From positions 124,001 to 188,000 of the forward strand of contig NW_025765316.1 in NCBI RefSeq assembly GCF_003918875.1: a stretch of 64,000 nt of DNA, read 5' to 3'. This document shows positions 28,096 to 42,510 of the stretch, piece after piece (the stretch's first letter is position 1; each line of letters starts with the position of its first letter). The notes below the pieces were generated by a model, which was given only the letters and a program-made list of their open reading frames with translations, did no database searches and was not told where the DNA came from. The DNA comes from Haliotis rubra (taxonomy: Eukaryota). Made by a program: the position numbers and the translations under genes.

Positions 28096-30094
28096 TAAAA
28101 CAGCAGGAAACACGACAGCGTTATCTGCACAGGACATAAAACGACCTCACTACTGTTATCCATTGTTCTATCACAATACTGGTGTCGTAACATGATGACT
28201 TATTCTTGAGACAAATTATGGGAAGTTTGTTAGCCTATGCTAATGATTGATGCAAAAGTTTATGAAACTTAAACTTGAAACCTGAAATTAATTGAAACAT
28301 AGTCTCATATTCTTGTTTAAGTTGTTTCATTTTGTGTATTTAAGTAATAATAAAATACAAGTATGTCACGATATAGGTTCTCGAAGGGACGAATCGTATG
28401 TGTTGGGGTGTTTTAAGATATTTTAGATTTTCATACTAGTTAGGGCTTCCTTGCCTCTAGGCAGGAGACCTATTGTAATCGTTCGGATTATTATCTATTA
28501 TTTCGCCGATTTTTGTACCAAACATACCTCCTAAACCAATGCTCCGATTCGCTTGCAAAAAAACACACAGATGCCCACCGAGGTGAAGATATTCCGCTTA
28601 AAAATGTCTAGGCTCTAGGCCCAATAGCAAAGGGGAGATAGTTCAAAGTTAATTCCAAAGTTTCAAAGTTTAACAGCACATATCTCAGGAACTATTTAGT
28701 CCAACACCTCCAAATCTCTTGTACAGATGCACAATTGAATTCCCAAAATTTTGCCTGGACGGGTCAAGTCGTTAAAATGTACCGTTTGGCAGTTATTTAT
28801 GTTTTCAGTTTTTGGCCATGTTTTTCAGCAGTTTTCGGAGTAGTTTGCTCCCAAAATGTGCTGAGCTCGAACCATCAGCTCTAGACATTCCAAACTTTCC
28901 ATAACTGATGTCCAGTAACCATTGTGCAAATTCTGCACAAAAAGTGCCAGTATGGTAGATGAAGTCTTGGTGATTCCAGAACACTAATTGTTATGACCGT
29001 AAGCCCAAGAACAATTGAGATGCAGCCTTTTAAAGAGGGAACTATTTCTTCTGCAGAACTTCTTAAAAGGGTACATGACCCCCGCGACCCCGGCTGTATT
29101 TGGAAGATCCGCTCGCCTGTTACAAACGGGTTCTGGCTCCGTTTTGGACAATGATTTCTAGCCCTCATCGTTGCTTGAAACAATATTTTTACAATTATAT
29201 CTGTGATATTCTAGTTTTTTTTACTGTCCTTCGCCGACAGGTTTACATAATTTACCATGATTTATTATGTAATTATAACTTGTGTTTAGTCACGATATGG
29301 CTGAAATATTGTCGATGTGACTAAAAATCCTAACTCATTCACTCGAAGGGGCGAATCGTATGTGTTGGGGTGTCTTCCCCTGGGAGTATAATAAATGTGT
29401 TATGAGTTCGAATACTGGTACACCATGAAAAGGTTTGCAAGGTCCATACCCGTGTGTATTTTTAACCAGGAGTAATGTGATAAACGTATACAGTTTATAT
29501 TAAGCTGACACGCTGTAAACCTCGAAGCCATGTTAAACACAAGTGACATACTCACTGTGTAACTATACAAAATGAAGAAAGAATGTTCAGTTCAAGAGAA
29601 TTGTATTTACAAAATCTACAAGACATCAGTTAAAATATGTGGTTCTATGGAAGCAAAACTGAGCAATTATCCAATATTGATGCAAATATTTTGATCTATT
29701 AGTGATTATACACATAAATTTGCTGTAACTAAGACATTATCTGTAGTGAGTTGGTAGGCAAGGCATATGATACTCTCTACAGGTGCACTCAAACAACCCC
29801 CCACAAATGGTTAAATTGAGTTTTACACCGTTTTAGCCATATTCCAAAAGTATTACAGTGGACCAGAAATGTGTTCCACACACAGTACCCACAGAGGGAG
29901 TCGAACCTAACCCTCAAGTGTGACGACAGTCTCATTGCCCCTCATTGAATGTGATTGATCGCTATATATACCAATCCCATCAGAGTATTAAGGACATGAA
30001 TAGCACGTGTCAGCTGGTATGCTTCTGATATGTAAATCCTAAAACCCTTACATTCAGTATCGGTAGAAATAATATATAAATATAGAATAACGCC

Positions 30095-31179
30095 TCAGAA
30101 GAATGGCAAAAAGCGACGAATAGCAAGATTTACAGCAACCTTTACAACTAGCTTCAATCCGTTTTTCAGCAGGTTATATGTGAAAGAGTCTCCCTTGTCT
30201 ACCTCATCGACAGTCCTGTCCCTGAAGTCAATCATGGCCATCTCTTCATCAATAGCTCGTTCGCGCTCCAACATTTCTTCGTCAATCTCCCATGTATTCC
30301 TGTCTCTCATTTGCTTGAGATCTTCAATCTCCTGTTTCAACGATGCAATTCCCGATACATCGACATTGTCATTAGCTGTACCCTGTTCTAGAACCTGTAG
30401 TTTCTGCTGAAGTCCGCTGATGGTTTTGCTCGTCCTTGCTTCAGCTTGTTGGTGCCTCCACTCACATTCTTCTCTGATCGCATCCTTCTGTAACTGCACT
30501 TCCTTTGCATGCTGTAGTTGCAACTGTTTCTCTCGTGTCTTCATTATCTTCTCAGCCTCCTGGTACATCTCGTTGGTGTAACAACCCCCTCCGTTAGCAC
30601 ACAGCATTGTGTCGACTATGCGAAGAAATGTTTTTACATCTTGTTCCCGCTCATCCTCAGAACTTGTCCGGTTGTCGAAAGCCACGTATCTGTTTTCACA
30701 GTTTGCAAGGAGGGTCTTAAGGTTGTCGGGGACACCTTCTAGAAACAGTTCGATTGTGCTTTTGTCATTAATCAAGTCATCTTTCCTTGTAAACAAGACC
30801 ACCAGGTAGTGAATCATATTCTCCCCAAATATTTCCAAAAAAGAGCGAACAGTTTTTTGCTCTTCTTCTGTGAACCTGTCAATCCGTACGACAAGAACGA
30901 GTGCATGAGGACCTGGAGCAGTCATTCCAACACACCTGACAACTTCTCTGGTGATGTCTTCATCAGTCATTTCAGTGTCAAACATACCAGGTGTGTCTAT
31001 TATAGTAATGCGACGCCCAAATCTGCTGGCCTGACCTCTCTGGCACCGACGAGTTACCGACTTGCCGCTTGCAGTTGAATGGAAGAAATTGCCGTTGAGG
31101 ATGTTGTTGCCTGTGGCACTTTTACCCGATCCAGTTCTCCCCAGAAAAACGAGTCTGAGATCATCTGTACATCTGTAGC
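30095..31179 (-). CDS. GIMAP-C: terminal exon, AIG1/GIMAP GTPase + coiled coil + C-terminal amphipathic helix
   Basis: GRTGSGKS, DTPGMFDT, PGPHAL, RFTEEE, TRKDD. Phase-1 acceptor ttatag| at 31181-31180; the hydrophobic start of the listed ORF is intronic. Five-exon model = 1635 nt, 544 aa. Confidence 0.95.
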
Positions 31180-31570
31180 CTATAACACAAAAAACTGCAT
31201 ATAGATAATGCCACACACACACACACAGATATATATATATTATATATAGTAACATTAAAAGCAATATACATATATATAAGAATAACTGCCGCCAAAGTTA
31301 CTTGGGACAGATGCAAATATAAGGTTATCACTATAAAGGGTATCACTGTCAACATTTGTGTGTAGAAATAGCTTAGAGACAGGTTTAAAAGGCGATCATA
31401 GTTTGGAGACAGACAAAATTGAAGTATTGAAATTGCAAAATTTGTGTGGAGAACTTCTTGTTGGTAGTGGTTATTCCTTTACCCGCTGAAATAGTCCACA
31501 GTGTAGCTTGTTGCAAGACATTGCTACGGGAAGTTCAACTTCTATCGCTAGATACGAATACCATGCTCAC

Positions 31571-31762
31571 CTTTGTCATTTGCCTTGCTCCGGGAGACAT
31601 CACGTTTATCGTACATATCGGAAAATGGCCTGCGTGGACGTGTTTCTAAGGAGTCGTTGCCAGTGGATACAACCAAATGGTTCACTTCCCTTGTTAAATC
31701 ACACAGTCCACAGTTGACAGATCCCGCTCTGTTTCTGTAAGTGCAGTGTGAACATGTCCAAT
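31571..31762 (-). CDS. GIMAP-C NZF exon 3 (RanBP2-type zinc finger + linker)
   Basis: 192-nt phase 1-1 exon, ctctgcag|...AAG|gtgag: DWTCSHCTYRNRAGSVNCGLCDLTR... Not in the ORF track. Confidence 0.85.
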
Positions 31763-31939
31763 CTGCAGAGAAACCAGGAACATGTATGGTTGAGGAAAAG
31801 ATACGGATTTTGACTTTGACTATTCAAGAATGCCTGAAAGTACCCTTGTACTTCGGTGATATAAGATTATAAGATTTTTTATTTTGCACTATTAATTTTC
31901 AGCTTGAAAAAGATATGACGAAAATGTAAAATAAGAAAA

Positions 31940-34900
31940 CTACCTCCCATACCATAATCCTCATCATGTATTATATATACATACCAGAACCCTCATCATG
32001 TATTATACATACCATAACCCCCATAATGTATTATACATACCATAACCCTCATCATGGTATTATACAGACCATAACCTCATCATGTATTAAACATACCATA
32101 ACCCTCATCATGGTATTATACATACCATAACATTCATCATGTATTATACATACCATAACCCTCATAATGAATCATACATACCATAACCCTTATTATGGTA
32201 TTATACGTACCATAACCCTCACCATGTATTATACATACCATAACCCTCATCATGTATTATACATACCATAGCCCTTCATCATGGTATTATACATACCATA
32301 GGTCTCATTATGGTATTATATATACCATAACCCTCATCATGTATTATACATACCATAACCCTCATCCTGGCATAATACATACCATAACCCTCATCATGGT
32401 ATCATACATACCATAACCCATTTCAAGTATTATACATACCATAACCCTCATCATGTATTATACATACCATAACCCTTCATCATGGTATTATACATACCAT
32501 AACCCTCATCATGTATTATACATACCAGAACCCTCATCATGTATTATACATACTATAACCCTCATCATGGTATTATACATACCATAGCCCTTCATCATGG
32601 TATTATACATACCATAACCCTTATCATGTATTATACATATCAGAACCCTCATCATGTATTATACATACCATAGCTCTTCATCATCGTATTATACATACCA
32701 TAACCCTCATCATGTATTATACATACCATAACCCTCATTATGGTATTATACACACCATAACCTTCATCATGGTATTATACACACCATAACCCTCATTATG
32801 GTATTATACACACCATAACCATAATCATGTATTATACACACCATAACCATAATTATGTATTATACATACCATAACCCTCATCATGTATTATACATACCAT
32901 AACCCGCATTATGGTATTATACATACCATAACCCTCATTATGGTATTATACATACCATAACCCTCATTATGGTATTATACTCACCATAACCATAATCATG
33001 TATTATACACACCATAACCATAATCATGTATTATACATACCATAACCCTCATTATGGTATTATACCTACCATAACCCTCATCATGTATTATACATACCAT
33101 AACCCTCATCATGTATTATACATACCATAACCCTAATCATGTATTATACATACCAGAACCCTCATCATGTATTATACATACCATAACCCTCATCATGTAT
33201 TATACATACCATAACCCTCATCATGTATTATACATACCATAACCCTCATCATGTATTATACATACCATAACCCTCATCATGTATTATACATACCATAACC
33301 TTCATCATGTATTATACATACCATAACCCTCATCATGTATTATACATACCATAACCCTCATTATGGTATTATACACACCATAACCTTCATCATGGTATTA
33401 TATACCATAACCCTCATTATGGTATTATACACACCATAACCATAATCATGTATTATACACACCATAACCATAATCATGTATTATACATACCATAACCCTC
33501 ATCATGTATTATACATACCATAACCCGCATTATGGTATTATACATACCATAACCCTCATTATGGTATTATACATACCATAACCCTCATTATGGTATTATA
33601 CACACCATAACCATAATCATGTATTATACACACCATAACCATAATCATGTATTATACATACCATAACCCTCATTATGGTATTATACCTACCATAACCCTC
33701 ATCATGTATTATACATACCATAACCCTCATCATGGTATTATACATACCATAACCCTAATCATGTATTATACATACCAGAACCCTCATCATGTATTATACA
33801 TACTATAACCCTCATCATGGTATTATACAAACCCTAGCCCTTCATCATGGTATTATACATACCATAACCCTTATCATGTATTATACATATCAGAACCCTC
33901 ATCATGTATTATACATACCATAGCTCTTCATCATCGTATTATACATACCATAACCCTCATCATGTATTATACATACCATAACCCGCATTATGGTATTATA
34001 CATACCATAACCCTCATTATGGTATTATACATACCATAACCCTCATTATGGTATTATACACACCATAACCATAATCATGTATTATACACACCATAACCAT
34101 AATCATGTATTATACATACCATAACCCTCATTATGGTATTATACCTACCATAACCCTCATCATGTATTATACATACCATAACCCTCATCATGGTATTATA
34201 CACACCAGAACCTTCATGATGGTATTATACAAACCATAACCCTCATTATGGTATTATACATACCATAACCTTCATCATGGTATTATACACACCATAACCC
34301 TCATCATGTATTATACACACCATAACCCAATTCATGTATTATACATACCATAACCCTTCATCGTGGTATTATAAACACCATAACCATAATCATGTGTTAT
34401 ACACACCATAACCATAATCATGTATTATACATACCATAACCCTTATCATGTTTTATACATACAATATCCCTCATCATGGTAATATACATACCATGACCCT
34501 CATTATGGTATTATACATACCATATTATACATACCATAGCCCTTATCATGTATTATACATAGTTACCATAATCCTCATCATGTACTATACATACCATAAT
34601 CCTCATCATGTATTATACATACCATAATCCTCATCATGTAGTATACATAGTTACCATATCCCTTATCATGTATTATACTTACCATAATCCTCATCATGTA
34701 TTATACTTACCATAATCCTCATCATGTATTATACATACCATAATCCTCATCATGTATTATACATAGTTACCATAATCCTCATCATGTATTATACATACCA
34801 TAATCCCCATCATGTATTATACATATCCTTCCCATATCCCTTATCATGTATTATACTTACCATAATCCTCATCATGTATTATACTTACCATAATCCTCAT

Positions 34901-35770
34901 CATGTATTATACATACCATAATCCTCATCATGTATTATACATAGTTACCATAACCCTCATCATGTATTATACATACCATAATCCCCATCATGTATTATAC
35001 ATAGTTACCATAACCCTCATTATGGTATTATACATACTATAACCCTCATCATGTATTATACATACCATAATCCTCATCATGGTATTATACATACAATAAA
35101 CCTCATCGTGGTATTATACATACCATAACCTTCATCATGCATTATACATACCATTACCCTCATCATGGTATTATACATACCATAACTCTCATCATGGTAT
35201 CATGTTAAAACGATCCCAGGTACTGTGTATTGCTGAATTAAAAACATAATCCTCATCATGTATTATACTTACCATAATCCTCATCATGTATTATACATAG
35301 TTGCCATAATCCTCATCATGTATTATACATACCATAATCCCCATCATGTATTATACATAGTTACCATATCCCTTATCATGTATTATACTTACCATAATCC
35401 TCATCATGTATTATACTTACCATAATCCTCATCATGTATTATACATACCATAATCCTCATCATGTATTATACATAGTTACCATAACCCTCATCATGTATT
35501 ATACATACCATAATCCCCATCATGTATTATACATACAATAAACCTCATCGTGGTATTATACATACCATAACCCTCATCATGTATTATACATACCATAATC
35601 CTCATCATGGTATTATACATACAATAAACCTCATCGTGGTATTATACATACCATAACCTTCATCATGCATTATACATACCATTACCCTCATCATGGTATT
35701 ATACATACCATAACTCTCATCATGGTATCATGTTAAAACGATCCCAGGTACTGTGTATTGCTGAATTAAA
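31940..35770. repeat. 28/29-bp satellite (cataccataaccctcatcat[g]gtattata)n, intronic
   Basis: About 3.8-kb tandem array; its unique right-hand junction sequence occurs twice (about 35194-35243 and 35722-35770). Confidence 0.95.
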
Positions 35771-35990
35771 CACCAACAAACAAGCCATAGGTATCAACGG
35801 GCGTAATCGTAGTGTAGTATATACATTAATTCCGTAAATAATGACACATACCGAATTTTCCTACAAAATCTTTCGGCTTTATCTCGAGGGTTTTGAAAAT
35901 AGAGATGAAAAACGCGTAGGAGGAACATTTGTGTTCATTATCTTTTGATTACATATAGAATGTTTCAAACTTCGCCAAATGCGACATTAC

Positions 35991-36065
35991 CTGTTATGTG
36001 CTGGCCGTATGCATCGCACACATCACTGTGAACATTGATACAGGTACAGCTCGTGCACTGCCACT
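35991..36065 (-). CDS. GIMAP-C NZF exon 2 (degenerate RanBP2-type finger)
   Basis: 75-nt phase 1-1 exon, tttttcag|...CAG|gtaat: EWQCTSCTCINVHSDVCDAYGQHIT. The fourth Cys is Tyr (TAC) and the loop is one residue short. Confidence 0.7.
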
Positions 36066-36249
36066 CTGAAAAATGGACTTATATTTTTGGGGAAAGATAC
36101 GAAAACAGCACATACAGATACAAAATTACAAAAATTCTAAAAGCCCAACCAGAAATTGTGAGTTTGTTTGCTCTGTGGCTGGTGACGACGTAATTGTACA
36201 AACAGAGAAATCAAGTATATCATGATTACGGCTGAAACAATTCTACTCT

Positions 36250-36400
36250 NNNNNNNNNNNNNNNNNNNNNNNNNNNNNNNNNNNNNNNNNNNNNNNNNNN
36301 NNNNNNNNNNNNNNNNNNNNNNNNNNNNNNNNNNNNNNNNNNNNNNNNNNNNNNNNNNNNNNNNNNNNNNNNNNNNNNNNNNNNNNNNNNNNNNNNNNNN
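36250..36400. other. Assembly gap
   Basis: Run of N. Confidence 1.
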
Positions 36401-36553
36401 GAGTGAGCTTAGTTTTAAGCCGCTTTTACCACTAATCTAGCAATGTCACGGCGGCGGGCACCAGAAATGGGCTTCACACATTGTACCCATATGAGTAACG
36501 GGGGTGTGACGAGCGGACGCTGTATGTAGTTGCTTGGCTACCCTACCGCCCCA
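36401..36553 (-). mobile_element. tRNA-derived SINE, family A (degenerate)
   Basis: Matches the family A consensus. Confidence 0.65.
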
Positions 36554-37100
36554 ATACTAAGTGAGTGAATGTGGTGAATGTGGTGTACATGTGTGTGTAT
36601 ATGTGTGTATGGTTTATGCATGCTTGCGTGTGTTGTGTTTGTATGTAAATAATGTGCGTTGTGTGCATGTGTGTATGGTGTGTATGTATGTTAAGGTTTC
36701 TGTGTGTGCAAGAGGCCATTGTGTAAGTGTACGTAAGTGGTGTCCTTGTATCTGGTGTGCGTGTGCATGTGTGTGGTATTTGTGTGTATTTGTTTATTGT
36801 AGCGTGTGTGGTGCGTAGCCTTTTGGTTAGTGTGTGTAAACGTGATACCTACATTGTTTAGAATGGACACTGGATAAGCTGATGTGATATTTTTCACGAA
36901 TGGCAACACCCCCTCTATACAAGGACACTGTATTAAAATCTACAAAATGTACATATTAACATTTTCCAAATTCAAGCATTATACTATTAAGATTTATGAC
37001 CATTTTTTACTTTTCACCACATCTTGATGAGAACTGCCTCTTTTCATGATTTGGGAATATGATAAAAAACAAAACAACTGATTATGAAACTAAAAATATA

Positions 37101-37210
37101 CAGTGAAGCCCCGTTAGTCCGGACCCCGATAATCCGGATGTCTCGCCTCCCGGACGATTTCAGCTTGTTACCAATCTATGCCTATTTAATTTGTCTCGAT
37201 AATCCGCAAC
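37101..37210 (+). mobile_element. Left half of the MITE family seen at 46266-46466
   Basis: TA|cagtgaagccccgttagtccggacccc..., nearly identical to the start of the 46266 element. Confidence 0.75.
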
Positions 37211-37539
37211 ACTATCCTGACCAAGGCCAGGTCAACACCTTTCAAACGCATTAGTACCACCACATGGCGCCCGTAGGTGACTTCCATGAGGAAAAGTTGT
37301 GCTTGAGATTTGATTAGGCAACACATCAGGCGAATTTGATATTCACCATATTATCATGGACATGTACAGGTAGATGCGAGACAACACAGTGCCACGCCTG
37401 TCTTAAACTGGCAAACAACAGTTTCCTATGTAGCAGTCATCGATAAATGCATGTTTAAAACAGTATTAACAGTATTGGTTTCAGAGCATTCTCTGGCTCA
37501 CACCTAACTGGTATGCGAATACATGTCTCTCATACATGG

Positions 37540-37770
37540 ACGCGTGAAGATACGGATTAGAATGGGTCTTCAGTAACCCATGCTTATTGTAAGAGGCGAC
37601 TAACGGGATCGGGTGGTCAGGCTCACTTTGTTGACACATGTCATCGTATCCTATTTGCGTAGATCGATGCTTATGATGTTAATCACTGGATTGCCTGGTC
37701 CAGACACGATTATTTACAAACCAGGGCAATATAGCTGGAATATTGCTGAGTTTGGCATTAAACAACAAAC
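37540..37770 (+). mobile_element. Dispersed SINE-like repeat, family B
   Basis: Matches 27649-27885. Confidence 0.8.
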
Positions 37771-37955
37771 CCACTACACAACACTACACTATTCGTTGGT
37801 CTTTCAACAGTAGATCAGCATTTCAATGTTAAAATAAATGTTAGGGCTAGGATTGAGCAACTAACAACTTATTGGTAATTTTGAGATAAAAGAGACAATC
37901 ATGTCTTGTTGAAATCAATAGTTTAAAACATAGAAACGCAATAGCGTCTATTCAA

Positions 37956-38078
37956 TTATCCACAAGCTCCAAAGATGGGTGGATGCACATTAAAGTACCT
38001 GGCAATCATCACATCTGAAGCACCTTGGTTGACCATACCGATAACCTGATTCCTTTCGTCTTGTGTCAAGTGTGGCAT
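37956..38078 (-). mobile_element. Tc1-like transposase N-terminal HTH fragment
   Basis: MPHLTQDERNQVIGMVNQGASDVMIARYFNVHP resembles the paired-like HTH start of Tc1 transposases; truncated. Confidence 0.6.
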
Positions 38079-38689
38079 TTTCTCAAAGTGATTGAGTTCC
38101 ACAATTCCTTCCGCTTAACAGGGCCTGGGTGCAGATAATGCATGTGCACAGCGTGTTTCATGAATGTGGTTGTGTTTACGAGAAATGTCAAAGGTTCAGT
38201 TTTAAGTATCAAAGTTCATGTGAGAGGAATGCTCCGGGACTCGAACTCGAAATGGGCCAGAATAACAGCCTTTTATCCCTACATCCTCTGTATCGCAGGA
38301 AAAAAAATCTTCAATAGAACTTTTGTAAGTTTCAGGACAACAAAGACCAATTGCGTTTTTAATGGCTTACAGTACATAAAAAAGACTATGGCGTCCAAGG
38401 AAGAAAAACATACCACCACCACCCACTCCCACCTCTACATCCTATGTTGCGTCATCTCCTACATCAGGAAATACATATCAAGAAGGAAGATACTTTCTTT
38501 GCAAAGAGGATGTTTGAACCAGTTGATATCACGCATGGTGCACGCACTGGGACATGGCATCCAGAAAAGGACATATGGTTTGCCGTGACTCACTGGCTTT
38601 GGCATAATGAAAGTTGATTTTCCTATTAAGGTATACATGTATGGTGACTAAAGTGGGACGTCAGTAGCGTCCTTGACAGGTTGCGACAA

Positions 38690-41600
38690 CACAACACATA
38701 GTACGTTACTCTCTAACTTTACACATAGTAACATTAACATAGTACGCTACTCTCTAACGGTACACATAGTAACATTAACATAGTACGCTACTCTCTAACG
38801 GTACACATAGTAACATTAACATAGTACGTTACTCTCTAACGGTACACATAGTAACATTCACATAGTACGTTACTCTCTAACGGTACACATAGTAACATTA
38901 ACATAGTACGCTACTCTCTAACGGTACACATAGTAACATTAACATAGTACGCTAGTCTCTAACGTTACACACAGTAACATTAACATAGTACGTTACTCTC
39001 TAACGGTACGCATAGTAACATTAACATAGTACGCTACTCTCTAACGTTACACACAGTAACATTCTCATAGTACGTTACTCTCTAACGTTACACACAGTAA
39101 CATTAACATAGTACGTTACACTCAAACATTGCACATAGTAACATTAACATAGTACGTTACTCTCTAACGGTACACATAGTAATATTAACATAGTACGTTA
39201 CTCTCTAACAGTACACATAGTAACATTCACATAGTACGTTACTCTCTAACGGTACACATAGTAACATTAACATAGTACGTTACTCTCTAACGTTACACAT
39301 AGTAACATTAACATAGTACGCTACTCTCTAACGTTACACACAGTAACATTAACATAGTACGTTACTCTCTAACGGTACACATAGTAACATTAACATAGTA
39401 CGTTACTCTCTAACGGTACACATAGTAACATTCACATAGTACGCTACTCTCTAATGGTACACATAGTAACATTCACATAGTACGTTACTCTCTAACGGTA
39501 CACATAGTAACATTAACATAGTACGTTACACTCAAACATTGCAGATAGTAACATTAACATAGTACGCTACTCTCTAACGGTACACATAGTAACATTAACA
39601 TAGTACGTTACTCTCTAACGGTACACATAGTAACATTAACATAGTACGTTACACTCAAACATTGCACATAGTAACATTAACATAGTACGCTACTCTCTAA
39701 CGGTACACATAGTAACATTAACATAGTACGTTACTCTTTAACGGTACACATAGTAACATTAACATAGTACGTTACTCTCTAACGGTACACATAGTAACAT
39801 TCACATAGTACGTTACTCTCTAACGGTACACATAGTAACATTAACATAGTACGCTACTCTCTAACGGTACACATAGTAACATTAACATAGTACGCTAGTC
39901 TCTAACGTTACACACAGTAACATTCACATAGTACGTTACTCTCTAACGGTACGCATAGTAACATTAACATAGTACGCTACTCTCTAACGTTACACACAGT
40001 AACATTCTCATAGTACGTTATTCTCTAACGTTACACACAGTAACATTAACATAGTACGTTACACTCAAACGTTCCACATAGTAACATTAACATAGTACGT
40101 TACTGTCTAACGGTACACATAGTAACATTAACATAGTACGTTACTCTCTAACGTTACACACAGTAACATTAACATAGTACGTTACTCTCTAACGGTACAC
40201 ATAGTAACATTAACATAGTACGTTACTCTCTAACTTTACACACAGTAACATTCACATAGTACGCTACTCTCTAACGGTACACATAGTAACATTAACATAG
40301 TACGTTACTCTCTAACGGTACACATAGAAACATTCACATAGTACGCTACTCTCTAACGGTACACACAGTAACATTAACATAGTACGCTACTCTCTAACGG
40401 TACACATAGTAACATTAACATAGTACGTTACTCTCTAACGGTACACATAGTAACATTAACATAGTACGTTACTCTAACGTTACACACAGTAACATTAACA
40501 TAGTACGCTACTCTCTAACGGTACACACAGTAACATTAACATAGTACGCTACTCTCTAACGTTACACACAGTAACATTAACATAGTACGCTACTCTCTAA
40601 CGGTACACATAGTAACATTCACATAGTACGCTACTCGCAAACATTGCACATAGTAACATTCACATAGTACGCTACTCTCTAACGTTACATATAGTAACAT
40701 TCACATAGTACGCTACTCGCAAACATTGCACATAGTAACATTAACATAGTACGTTACTCTCTAACGTTACACACAGTAACATTAACATAGTACGCTACTC
40801 TCTAACGGTACACATAGTAACATTAACATAGTACGCTACTCTCTAACGTTACACACAGTAACATTAACATAGTACGCTACTCTCTAACGGTACACATAGT
40901 AACATTCGCATAGTACGCTACTCGCAAACATTGCACATAGTAACATTCACATAGTACGCTACTCTCTAACGGTACACATAGTAACATTCACATAGTACGC
41001 TACTCGCAAACATTGCACATAGTAACATTCACATAGTACGCTACTCTCTAACGTTACACATAGTAACATTCACATAGTACGTTACTCTCTAACGTTACAC
41101 ATAGTAACATTCACATAGAAGGTTACTCTCTAACGTTGCACATAGTGACATTCACATAGTACGCTACTCGCAAACATTGCACATAGTAACATCCACATAG
41201 TACGTTACTCTCTAACGTTACACATAGAAGCATTCACATAGTACGTTACTCTCTAACGTTACACATAGTAACATTCACATAGTACGTTACTCTCTAACGT
41301 TGCACATAGTGACATTAACATAGTACGCTACTCGCAAACATTGCACATAGTAACATCCACATAGTACGTTACTCTCTAACGTTACACATAGTAACATTCA
41401 CATAGTACGCTACTCTCTAACGTTGCACATAGTGACATTAACATTGTACGCTACTCGCAAACATTGCACATAGTAACATCCACATAGTACGTTACTCTCT
41501 AACGTTACACATAGGAACATTCACATAGTACGCTACTCTCTAACGTAACACATAGTAACATTCAAACAGTACGTTACTCTCTAACGTTACACAAAGTAAC

Positions 41601-41690
41601 ATTCACATAGCACGCTACTCTCTAACGTTACACATAGTAACATTAACATAGTACGCTACTCTCTAACGTAACACAAAGTAACATTCACAA
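38690..41690. repeat. 41-bp satellite (acatagtaacattaacatagtacgttactctctaacggtac)n
   Basis: About 3-kb homogeneous tandem array. Confidence 0.95.
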
Positions 41691-42510
41691 CTATCACTAC
41701 ACAGTAACACTTTCACTGGACCTGTTGTAACTCTTACTACACAGTAACACTTTCACTGAACCTGTAGTAACTCTTACTACACAGTAACACTTTCATTGGA
41801 CCTGTAGTAACTCTTACTGCACAGTAACATTTTCACTGGACCTGTAGTAACTCTTACTACACAGTAACACTTTCACTGAACCTGTAGTAACTCTTACTAC
41901 ACAGTAACACTTTCACTGAACCTGTAGCCACACTCATTACATAGTAACACTTTCACAGAAACTGTAGTAACTCTTACTACACAGTAACACTTTCACCGAA
42001 CCTTTAGTGACTCTCACTACATAGTCAGTAATACTCTCACGGAACCTGTAGTAACTCTCACTACATAGTAACACTTTCACTGAATCTGTAGTAACTCTCA
42101 CTACACAGTAACACTTTCACTGAACCTGTAGTAACTCTTACTGCACAGTAACACTTTCACTGAACCTGTAGTAACACTGACTACACAGTAACACTTTCAC
42201 AGAACCTTTAGTAACACTGACTACACAGTAACAGTTTCACAGAACCTTTAGTAACACTGACTACACAGTAACACTTTCACCGAACCTTTAGTAACACTGA
42301 CTACACAGTAACACTTTCACCGAACCTTTTCGTAACACTCACTACACAGTAACACTTTCACCGAACCTTTAGTAACACTCACTACACAGTAACACTTTCA
42401 CAGAACCTTTAGTAACACTGACTACGCAGTAACACTTCCCCTGAACCTGTAGTAACACTGGCTTCACAGTAACACTTTCACCGAACCTTTAGTGACACTC
42501 ACTACACAAG
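41691..42510. repeat. 40-bp satellite (tacacagtaacactttcactgaacctgtagtaactcttac)n
   Basis: About 20 copies directly abutting the 41-bp array. Confidence 0.95.

Noticed and set aside
31180-31264. Signal peptide or TM segment at the start of the 30095-31264 ORF
   Set aside because: Intronic (TA)n/(TG)n and polypyrimidine tract upstream of the acceptor.
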